DNA of 64,000 nt from Balanoglossus misakiensis (Eukaryota > Animalia > Hemichordata), in contig CM082576.2 in NCBI GenBank assembly GCA_040954595.2, positions 2,020,760 to 2,084,759 on the forward strand, written 5' to 3'. Position 1 is the first letter of the stretch. Each line of letters opens with the position of its first letter. This document shows positions 40,679-51,917 of the stretch, piece by piece. A program made the translations under genes and the position numbers. The notes beneath the pieces are model-generated. The model was not told the DNA's origin and searched no databases. It saw only the letters and a program-made list of their open reading frames with translations.

Positions 40679-41902
40679 ATGGTAAGCGTTTCAATGTTTT
40701 GTCGCCACACATGAACAGTTGTAATCGTTTTTTCACCAATGATGTCGAAATATTACCGTTTGTCACGAAAGCAACCCTCTGAGTGATATACTTCCTGTTC
40801 AAAAGCAAGATTGTGTCATGAGGCTGCTGGGCGAATACGCCCCACTGACACTACACTGCATTGCACTGCAACGCCCACTGCGGCTCATTTCATCGTCTAT
40901 CCTATTGCCACCTTATTCTGAGGGAAGGATGATGGTTAAATCATGCTTATCAAATGTACCCTTTTGTTTGATATTTTCCAAAATTCATTCATTCCAAAAT
41001 CTGAGCAGGACTATAGCCTATACATGTAAGGGGTTGCAAGAGGCAAATACACACACAAGTTGTAGCTGGCATTATACCTGAAATCTGAAGAGTTGTTGTG
41101 TGCATTGTTCTCATCAATATTACACCTGCTAGTTTTTAATCACGCCGTCTATTCTGTACAGATACGCTTCATCTTAATTCAAAATCGCGCTGGTAAGACC
41201 CGGTTGGCCAAGTGGTACATGTCATTTGACGATGATGAAAAACAGAAGCTAATTGAAGAGGTCCATGCATTAGTGACAGTGAGAGATGCAAAGCATACCA
41301 ATTTTGTTGAGGTAAGCATATAGATTAAATACATCCCAAGTGAAGTGACATCATGCACAATATGTAGACATTTAATTATTTAATTATTTTCTTATAACAA
41401 ATCTTAATTTAAAGTCAATAATAATGTATACATTTTTTTTCAGTTCCGAAATTTCAAGATTGTTTACAGGCGGTATGCTGGGCTGTATTTTTGTATATGT
41501 GTTGATGTCAATGACAACAACCTTGCATATTTAGAGGCTATCCACAACTTTGTAGAGGTTGGTGTAACTGTTACCTTGTTCGTTTGGTTTTTGAGATGAA
41601 CATGCTATATCAGCATTTATGGCGTACAGTATTCAATGATATTATGTTGATTGGCATCTTGTACAGACTTTGTGACGTACATTTGAAATGGGTTTATTGA
41701 TGTCTGGAAATAACAGTTATGTCTCCTATTTTTCCTGTAGGTGTTAAATGAATATTTCCACAATGTGTGCGAGTTGGACTTGGTGTTTAACTTCTATAAA
41801 GTGTATGCTGTGGTGGATGAAATGTTTTTAGCCGGAGAAATCAGAGAGACGAGTCAAACGAAGGTCCTCAAACAACTACTTATGCTGCAGACACTTGAAT
41901 GA
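40679..41902 (+). CDS. AP2S1: AP-2 complex subunit sigma, 142 aa
   Basis: ATG|GTAAGC at 40679-40681, then exons 41162-41311, 41444-41557 and 41741-41902. Translation [20 protein letters not shown]...YRRYAGLYF...[11 protein letters not shown]...[13 protein letters not shown] is near-identical to vertebrate AP2S1. Confidence 0.97.
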
Positions 41903-44567
41903 AGTTTTATTTTCCTTCAGAAGAATTTTAAGTTTATGGATTTATGAATGTGAATAGTTTTTGTATACATGTTCATTGTCGTAAAACAGTAGGTGTAAGT
42001 GTAACTTTTTATATCTAGTTCAGAATATTTGTTGATATTCTGTATATGAAAAATCTATGAAAATACAGAAAAAAGTTATGAAAAGTTACACTTATTGTCC
42101 ATTTCCCGTGCTGGCTGTATGAATTGGCCACTGGTGAGTCAATGTAGCCCTCCTGCCTAAACCACTTCCAACCCGCAGCCATTTCATCTGTGTTGCCCTG
42201 CACAGGGGTCCATCATTTATGTTGGACCAAACAATGGTGGTGAAAGGGTTAACACACTTGAGATGCCCAGCGTTCTTGGGGTCTGTAAATTGCAATTTGA
42301 GATTTGTCTGTGAGGAAAAAATCTTCAAGGGTTTTAGGTCAGTGTGAAGTGAGGTACATCTGTCTGTGCTGTTCTAGTTTTAGTGGGTGTATTAAAGTTA
42401 GCTGATACAGTTGTCGAGTCTAATTTTTAGTGGAGGTTTTGTACAGAGGCATTAGCAGTAAAATCAAGTATGTACAAAAATTACCATTCTGCAATACATA
42501 TTTCCAATTTCCATGTGAAGTTAAGAGACTTGTGTGTCAGTCGTAAAAAACTGCATCTCTGTCACAAAACACATACAATTCTAAGATAAATGCATTGACC
42601 AAAACTAGTTTTTAAAGCATACTTCTGTATATCTAAAGGTCCCCTCCAAGTATTGGAGATGCCTGTCAATCATTTCAAGACAAATGAAAAATATACTCAA
42701 GTGTAATATATTTTGCCATCAAGGTGAATATTTTAGTGAGTAGCAAACCTAATTAATTTCTGCATGTACATTTTCTTAACAAGCTGCTGATCAATAATTG
42801 GTTGTTCACTTGAGTAAGTTTACAGTCGACTGTCGTGATGGCAATTATTATAATAAATGTATCACTCAAATACATGAATTTTGGTACTAATATTCCTGTG
42901 GTCAAGTCGATTCTGTCATGTGGTGATTGAGCTGAATCGAGTTTGTGTATGTTGGGTTCAGTGGTCTTTGTCACTCCTTAGTCAGATGATAGGAACCGTT
43001 TTCAGTGGAGTATCCAAAGAATTCAATCCAACAATGCAGGCTTTTGTATGGCAATAATCTTTTATTTCAGCATATATTTTCCCCATCCAGGATACATGTA
43101 GCTCTAAAAACAAAATCACATGCTCCTACAATATTGTGTTAACTCATGATTGCGAGACAATTCATGTTCTAAATGTGACAGCACATTGGTATGTTGAGAC
43201 AGCATTTGATTTGGATTCAGGTTATGTTGCCTACATTACAGTTAACTGGGGCAACATTTTGAGTATGAAATATGTGCTTGTTTGATACAAATGGTCAGAT
43301 TACACCAGTGAAGAATTTTCATATGACAGGATGTGCTGTAGTCAAACAACAAAGTACTAACAGTATTTTGACAAATGAATTTAATATGCTTTGAACAAGC
43401 CACCTGGGGTTAGCAGACAGCTCCCATATTTTTATCAAAAATACTAAATTTTGTAGATTATGTTTTAAAGAATAAGATGATAAAAGCTTTGAGAACTACT
43501 GTGAGTACATTTCACAATTTTACAAAAAAAACTACATTGCATATTTCTCATAAGTCTGTAAGCGTGATGATGATGAAAAGTAAATTACAAAAGCCATAAA
43601 ATATAACTACACATTAGTAAGACTGAGTGACACGACAGACAATCAGTGCAGCACAGTGCAAACAGACAGTACAGTGCATAACAGTACAACATTCTGTAGT
43701 ATTCCAAATTAAATGGATTTTTTAAAGTGAAAGAAAATAATAGTATACATGTAATATCAACAAATATTGCCATTCAGAAGACTTAGTTTACATCATGCCC
43801 AACATCGATTGAGAGTCTGTAATCGGTCTTAAATCACTCAAATATTGCGACTATTAGAAATTCAGTTACAACTATTCTGCACATCTACATCATATTACAA
43901 ACAAGTTATAATAGAAACAAAATACAAAACATGATAGTTTTTAATTATGCACTGTAGAATCTTCACAATCATGGGTGATCATAAGATGTAGGCGAGCCTT
44001 TGGCCTTAGGGAAAATGACACCAGATAGAATCTATGGCATAATCCATCACTAATTTAACTAGCTATAAATGAAAATATTGAAATGTTTTGGCAGTCATGC
44101 AGAGATAATAAAATCCATTTGTAATATGTGACCCATGTTACATACATGTAGTGGGTATAAAAAGGACTTTTGTATTGTGCCCAATGGCTAATTTAATGTC
44201 CATATATTTAAGAAAAAAGTCCACAGCCAATTTTAGTATGTTTCATAATTAATGAAGACTTGTCAGCAATAATAAGCTTATCCACTCATGTAAAATGTCT
44301 GCGTTGCTACAACACTTTGTGTTCTGTGGTTTCTAACTGACAAAATGCTATCAATGAGATATTTTTCTGTTTGGTGCAAGGCTTTGATAAATTGATAAAT
44401 TCTCATTTCCAGCGATAACTTTGACATGGAGTAGGAAAAGACCACTCAAAGTGGAATCTAAAGTTTAAAGCCCTTTCACCAAAGCAAGTTTCACAAAACT
44501 TGTCAGAAATCATTGGTATATCTTATTATTAGTAAATGTTCTTTTGATAATTACACTTTCCTTCAAA

Positions 44568-47500
44568 TTAGATATCATGAGTCACATAATACATAGCCAT
44601 TTTGCCTCCCCGCTTTGGTTTTGCTGGTGACTTTGGAGATTTGGGATATCTGGGCGATTTCTTGTATTTCTTCATCTCTCTGTCTGTTGGGGTCAGCTTC
44701 GGTGAATCCAGTTTGAAACTTGGAGATCTCCTGGGCGTCAGTCTCTTGACGGCTTTCACCGGAGATTTGGACTTGCTGGTCATCAGGCTGGCTCTATTGG
44801 CTGCTGCAGCACGTATCTTGGTCTTGGACACCAGATGCAGTGGGGTCAGTGGCTGGGATGTGAGGAGCAGTTTCTTGGGCAATGTCTTCATGGGTGTCAG
44901 TCTTCCTTGCACGTTGGCCACTGTGTTGTTATCTCTGAGGGGCGACTTGCCGATTCTCTCGCTCATAGGAGTGCACACGTTGTTGATGGTTTCTTGAAGG
45001 GACTTGGGGATCCTGATGTTGGCTAATACGGAAGAAGCGTTGTGGTGAGATGACGATATGGCTTCTTCGTAGGATTGATTCATGTCGTGTGATTCTTTTC
45101 CCACGTGTGAGGTGTCACAGGCCAGTCTGGACAACCCAGTGTCTGTGCTTATAGATTTCACCAGTGAGCTTGTAATTGGAATCGTGGGTTTTCCAGTGAT
45201 AGCCTGATCTGATGTCACTCGCTTCAGGATTTTCTCTCCCCCGTTGTCTCCATCTTTCTCTCGGACTAACCTCGCCGATGCACGGTTTGGGGCACGCCGG
45301 AAAACCAGTGGGCCTTTGGAAACCCGAAGAGGGGAGGTAATTTCACTTCTGTTGATAGAGTTGAAGAGCTCAATGTGCCTCTGCACTAGACTTGTGTTTG
45401 CACAGTTGGAAGAGCTCTGTCTTCTAGGGGGACGTCTTTCCGGCAAGGTGTAAGATCTGGTGATTCTCGTCGGTGATGGATCAAGGGTGTCGTCATATTC
45501 AATGAACCCTTCCTGTTCTCGGATATCAGATTCAGAACATGAATGCGAGACCTTTCCTGTGTTCAGGATGAGACCTGTCATAGTGTCCTCACGGGGCTGA
45601 GCAAGACTTCCACCTGCATTGCTTGCAGTGCTGCCATATTTTGTCTCCATATCAACATGTCTTTCCTCAAAACTGTCCTTTCCAACTGAAGCATTATCGT
45701 CTGAAGGAGATAAGGCAATCTGATCAAGTCCATTTGTAATGGTTGTATTTTGATTCTCCCCACATTCCATTTCTTCACACTGTATTTTCTCCATCTCCCC
45801 TTCACCTTTTGTATCTCTGTCCTCACTCGGTTCGTCACCCATGGTAGTATCAAGAGCACTATCGATGCTTCCGAGTGAAATATTTCTCTGCTCCCAACTG
45901 GTTGTCTCTGTGCCACACTCCTTTGCCATACAGGCGTTCTTGGCCGCTTCTCCATCTGCAGCTCGGGACTTCACAACATCTATTTCCGTCAGATCAAACA
46001 TGGACCGTCCTTTGCCGCTGTCTACCGAAACTGATCTACGCATCTTTGGATTCAAGGTATCAGCGCAGGCCACTTCACTGCCTTCTTGATTTCCCACAAG
46101 GGGTTCTTTGCCCACATCCCTGGCTGTGCCACTGTTAGTGTTGTCCGAATCCACTACCATTGGTTCTGACTCACAGGACAGCGGTTTGCTCGCCTCATGG
46201 GATGGCTTCTCAGCTGACGGCAAACTCCCTGGTGGATCAATACTGTTGCTAACTTCTGACCGAACACTATAAACGCTCCGACAGCTTGTGGACCTTGTGA
46301 TTCTGGCACTGCCGTCCGCATCGGCAATGCGGTCAAGGGCTTCAGGGAGACTCATAGAGGCTGTCAGGATTGGTCTACCCTGTCTGGTTTCTACACCCGG
46401 CTTTGTCTTGGAGGGAAGATGCACCTTTGCCATCTCCAGCTGCTCGGGTAAGCTTTTGGATGATTTTAAGATTGGCTTGGGTTTGACGAAAACCGCTGAG
46501 GTGGACTCTTCAGACTCACTCTTGGCCCGACTTGTTACTTTGGATTTCTTCGCTGTTTCATCAGAATCCACTTGGGCTTGGTATGCCATCCTTGATTCAT
46601 GTTTAGCTCGTCTGGCCAGCTGTTCTTTCTTCAATTGAATTGGTGACTGTGGTTTGAGGTTTGCCGCGTGTCTTGAATGCGGCGTCTTTTGTTTCTGTCC
46701 AATTGGCTTGTGGGCAGGTGGCTTGGCTGTCACCGTGGTGATATTCACTGGGGTCTTGGAACTGGACGCCTTCCTGGTTCTCGTGGCATTTGCTGGTGAA
46801 TGCATGTGGACATCGACTGTGACCACCTTCGGTGAAGTGGGTGGTTTCTCTTCAGATTTTTGCACCTGGGTCAGGTGGCTTTTAGCTCTGTGCTTTGGAG
46901 GGGGTGATGGTGGGTGAAGCACTTGGGCATTCTCTATGACAAGGGAATCATTGATAGATTTGGCAGCCGAAAGCTTCAAGCCAGAAGATTCATCTGAAAG
47001 TAGTCTGCCTGGGGAACTGGGTGTTTTCTTGTGTTTCTTGAAGAGACCCTTGGCCTTCTTATCTTCTGATGGGGTAGTGGTCATGCTGGATGTCGGTTGG
47101 TTGCGGAGCAGGTCAAAGTGCAGCGTGTCAAGCCCAACCACTGGTGGCGCATTAGCTAATCTCCATCCTACAGTATCTTCCTTGCAGCTCTTTGTTGGTG
47201 TTCCCTGTTTGAATGGAAAGCAATATATTAGAATGAGCTTTTGTTCTTGTTAACGATGTTGTTTTGGGTCCTTTATACAGAGAAAAGGGGGTTGAAAGGT
47301 TGTTTGAGATGAAATTCCCACCTGGACGCTGACAGATCTCTGGCGAAGCTTCAATCTGAGTGATCGTCTCTTGTTATCAGTTCTGGGAGAGAAACATCCT
47401 GAACCAGCATTGCTAGAAGAACGTCTGTAAAAATAAATGCCAGACATTAAACATATATTCTGATGCAATACCTATATTTTTGCTTAGCTCAGTGAAGTTG

Positions 47501-50500
47501 CAACTCTTCTTGACCAGTAAATAATTTCTGATCCACTGTCAACAAGGTTTTTTAAAAATTTGAGCAAGAGTAGTGGTATTTCCTCAAACTTTAATTTCCT
47601 GTAATGCTTGATAATCCTTACCTTTTTATCTTTTTAAACTTTGCCTTTGATTTACCCTTGGATGAGAGTGTTGATTGTAGCAGAAAGTCGTCACTGTCAT
47701 CCAATTGCCTCACACTAGGGCTAGAAGACACACTTCCCATGGACTCATCAGCATATTTGATTGAGGGTGACATAAAACCAAACAACTCTGTGGCAGCGCC
47801 TGTGGGAGAGAAGAACAGAATATTGTTCTTTCAAGTAATCAAATCACTAAAAATACATTACAAGGCAATATGATATTGAAGCACACCAAGTTGCTAAATG
47901 AACAATTATTTTATGAACGAAGCAAAAATGTATGATGTCGTGACTTCGCCACCAAGCTGAATGCACAGATTTCCCCCAACAAAAAAAATCATGTCATTGT
48001 GGTACATGGAGAGAAATTATATTTTTTGTATCATGAAGAAAGAAGCAAGCATGATAATGGAATGATTACTAACTGCTTTCTCCTATGGCTGACCGTGGTG
48101 CCCGCAGTGGTGTCATTGGTGTGCCTACACCGATGGGTGTGCTTTTGTGAATGTGTATACCTTGTTTGCTGTATTTGGGATCACTGTGTAGTTGGTACAG
48201 CATGGCTTTTCTGAGATAGGAAAAGAGAGAGAGAAGTATGGATTAATTTCATCAGACAACATAGCCGAATAAATTAATTTCCAGCAAACAATATTCAGTT
48301 CATAACTTTCATGTATCTGAACCCACCTCTTGGCTGCAGAAAAGGCACCCATCTCTTCATGTGCTTTTCGTTTTGTGGATCTTCTGATCATTGGCGTCTC
48401 ACCAGCCGGCACCACACTGTCATGTGGACTGACAGCATCTGATTGAAGAGAAGGAATCATACATGATGTACTACATACATGTATATATTCAGCACATGGT
48501 TTCAAAAAAGAAATTTTGAAACAAAATTCGGTCCTTTTAAAAAAATGTTGCAGATGAAACAACCTTGTTGATTACTTTATTAATTTAGTAAATTATTTCC
48601 TCATTCATAGATGTTAGCAGGACGTTTAAACGTGATTATATACCAAAGTATCACTACTTACAATGGTCCCATGTTGATTTATTGTCAAAGACAGCTGATG
48701 CGTCGGTTGTTGGTGAAGCTGGGGTTTTTACTGAATTGTTTCCACTCGATTTGAGCAAACCAAGACTTTGACCAAGCCCACTTACAATGCCTGTAGGGCA
48801 AAAAAAGAGTGTTTTTTTTCAAAAGGTTAAAAAATGATTGACAAAATGGGTCACATGGCTAGATCACGTGATTGATATTAAAAATATGTAAGAAAAAATG
48901 TGAACAAAAATACCCACCGGAAAGGGAACCACTTCGCCTTTTCTTCCGCTTCCATTTTTTCCTCTCCAAGATTCCCTCTGTACTTCGATCCAAGTCGTCT
49001 TCTGACGTTAGACCATCGCAGGAGTAGCTCTCGGTCTGGCCACTGCAAGTCATCACCCTGGCCATGATGGAATCCGGGATCTGGCCAATCTGGTGCGCAT
49101 CTACGATGAGTTGCTGGATGACGAGAGTTCTCGCACGGAGCAATTTGTCAGCAATAGTGTTCAGCTTTTCGCTCTTGTCGATATTTCCCATCAGGTTTGG
49201 CGCCAGCACAACTGAAAGGTTACTGATGTCCATCTTGTTGTCCGTGGAGTTTTCTGATACACGCTTCAGGAATTTCATGACGTACTGGAGAGAGTGGAGG
49301 TGGCTCAGTGGCAGAAGATTGCATAATAACATCACTGCGTATTGACTGTCTTTGGCGTCCTCTATTTGACAGCATTTAACAAAAGTATCACAGAGTCTGT
49401 TTGTGAGTAGCGGTTCACAAAGTTCCCGAAAGAACTGTTTAAACAAGCTGGCAACATCATACACATGCGCAGAGTCTGGAATTGTACCACCATTTTGGAT
49501 ATTTTGCTGAAATAAAAATATAAAATTTGACTGTCATATGAAATAGTATAAAAGATGAAATGTTTGCCCATGAATTAATGTTCACGTACCAGTAGTGCAG
49601 ACATGGTCCAAATCCATTCCCCAAAGTACAGTTACTTTATGTCACCCTAAATTTCAGTGTTGGATTGATGAATGTGAAGAACATTTACATGATAGATTTC
49701 TTTAAAATTTTCACTGTGTTTTAGTCCCGTAGAAACAATGTGAGAAATTCACCACATGACTTATAAAATACCTTCAGTTCTTTTTGTCTTAAATGAGACC
49801 CAGATTTTCTAAACAAGCCCTCACAGGTAAGTTGCTGCTCCAAGAAGCTGACCGCTTCAACCAAAAACCTAGAACAAAAGCATCAATTACAAAAGGCATC
49901 CATAATCATGACAATGAAGTAGATTCTGGTGCTGGCAGTTCGAGAACAGCTGCTGCATTTCTCATGGAAGTTTTGAACATACCAGTAATTTACCATCCAA
50001 TTGTGACTAAAACATATCATCAGCATAAGACTTTGGAAGGGAACCACTGATAAGTACACAAATGTCAAATTGAAAATATAAAATTACATACTTTGGAACA
50101 GTGCATCCCGTTTCATGGTCAACTATTAGAGATGGCAGGTAACCAAGTCTACTCCCAAACACTCCAGCAATGTTGCCATGATCCTGCTGTAAGTGAAATA
50201 CAAAATACATCATTTACAGACATGATCATCTTCATCATCACAAAAACTACACACCTGGAGGCAATAGACATACTGTATACGCACCAGCGACCAATGGGAT
50301 GCCACGGTCACTCCACAAAACAAACTATTACTAAAACACTCACGCATATCAGTGCTTCAGCAGTTTTGAATAAAACATATGTGTGGGAAGAATCTTTCAT
50401 AGTTAAAGTACAAATCATCGAAACACAACAGTGAACACTGCTGGTGAAAATGATCATAAAGTAACGATGACTCGGATGAGCACTTTACCTGAGTCGATTT

Positions 50501-50596
50501 TTTCCCCTTCGGTACTTTGATGCCTATCGCCTTCAATTCTCGGGCGATCACGTATTTCAGACAATCGATATCCTCTACTTGCGAAATATCCCTCAT
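44568..50596 (-). CDS. ARHGAP11A: Rho GTPase-activating protein 11A-like, ~1390 aa
   Basis: Exons 50596-50489, 50186(or 50183)-50092, 49868-49772 (EGLFRKSG arginine finger), 49506-48918 (ASLFKQFFREL.EPLL, NKMDISNLSVVLAPNL), 48790-48662, 48438-48327, 48210-48074 (donor uncertain; 48160 possible), 47799-47622, 47424-47322 (GCFSP, RRSLRL), 47204-44568 (VGWRLA, long S/T/P/K-rich tail). GIKV, GCFSP, RRSLRL and VGWRLA are motifs I recognise from vertebrate ARHGAP11A. Confidence 0.9.
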
Positions 50597-50639
50597 TTCG
50601 TTGTTTGTATGGAATACAATCTCACACAACAAAGAAAAA

Positions 50640-50780
50640 TTCACAATTTAAACAACCCAAAACATGGTCTACCGTCCGTCTATGGATTTCAATTTTCGTT
50701 ACCACTCACGGTTTGCCGATTTCGTGTTGTGTGATTGGTCGATCTTCAATATTTGCATAACAACGGATGTCGTTTGCTCT
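50640..50780 (-). promoter_or_regulatory. Putative ARHGAP11A promoter
   Basis: CCAAT box (ATTGG near 50734), CHR-like TTTAAA/TTGAAA near 50647 and 50687, Myb-like CAACGG at 50761, octamer ATTTGCAT at 50751. Confidence 0.4.
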
Positions 50781-50817
50781 CTGGGACGTTGAGGGCGTAT
50801 TGTCCAATTTGCTACCA

Positions 50818-50860
50818 GACGACGACGATGATGAAGATGATGATGATAATGATGATGATA
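50818..50860. repeat. (GAC/GAT)n trinucleotide repeat
   Basis: gacgacgacgatgatgaagatgatgatgataatgatgatgat. Confidence 0.9.
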
Positions 50861-51739
50861 TATTGCCATGGTATCTACATATAATACGTTATGAAGTCGT
50901 AACTTTTGAGCGTAACCAGCCTACTGCCCTCACACTGACTGTAACTACACTGTGAACTTTAATATCAAGACTTGAAACAGTTGTGTGCTGTCATATCGAG
51001 ACGAAGCGCGAAGCCTAGCCGAGTTCATCAATCGACCGAGAGGAGAGTCCACGGCCCCTCCCACTGTGTGGACTTATGGCGAACGGTGACTGAAACCACT
51101 GACGTCTGTTGCCATCTGTTCTGTTTACATTTAGCGTGTAAAAAACCTGTTTGAACAGTGCTAAAATGCGAAATCGTAAAGACCAACACGCATGAGATAA
51201 GCTTCATGCCCGAACTCTCGTTACCTCACGTTCTCTGATAGTGAACTTTTTTCTCTGCATTTTGTAAACTTGGTTGCTGAGCTTCCTCGGGTGAAGTGAG
51301 CGCACATATTTGAGGATTTTTTGCGTGTTTTACTTTCCAACAATATTCTTTTCGACCATTTGGTTTCACTGTCAGCATCGAAAGGATATGGGAAGAACAA
51401 GACGTGAGTAGCTTTTACAGTCTGGTCATCATACATGCATGCTTCTAGAACTTTATATTTTATAATGCATGCAAAAGTATCAGCATTTGCAACACCACAC
51501 CAAAACAAGCATATTTGTGTTCCATATGTATATCATATGTGTATTGTTTTTTTTATTTTCATCATAGACCACTTTTAATGTTAGAAAGAAGGAAATGGTT
51601 TGCTGGTAGAATGCGTTGAATTATTTCCTTTATAAGTTGTCCTTTTTGTATAAGCTTAGGAGTTCCTGTTATAGATATACAATGAAACGTAGTCAACAAA
51701 TATTCAGTTTTGGGACTGATGTACGATGGTAAATGTTTT

Positions 51740-51917
51740 GCATGTTTCTTAATTTTTTTATTTGAATATTTTATAGATTGTAGCATGTTTCTTAATTTTT
51801 TTCATTTGAATATTTTATAGATTGTAGCATGTTTCTTAATTTTGTTTTCATTTGAATATTTTATAGATTGTAGCATGTTTCTTAATTTTTTTTTATTTGA
51901 ATATTTTATAGATTGTA
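51740..51917. repeat. AT-rich minisatellite, 4 copies of ~43-46 bp
   Basis: Unit gcatgtttcttaattttt(n)atttgaatattttatagattgta starting at 51740, 51783, 51827 and 51873. Confidence 0.95.

Noticed and set aside
40929-40934. Alternative AP2S1 start ATGATG|gttaaa
   Set aside because: Weak donor. ATG|GTAAGC at 40679 fits the consensus much better and gives the canonical 142 aa.
44602-47253. Multiple plus-strand ORFs of 60-130 aa
   Set aside because: Antisense shadows of the large ARHGAP11A exon.
50767-50955. Poly-Asp ORF
   Set aside because: Produced by a GAT/GAC repeat in a promoter region, with no other coding evidence.
51740-51917. CRISPR-like direct repeats
   Set aside because: Units are contiguous with no unique spacers, the context is eukaryotic and there are no cas genes. 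It is a minisatellite.
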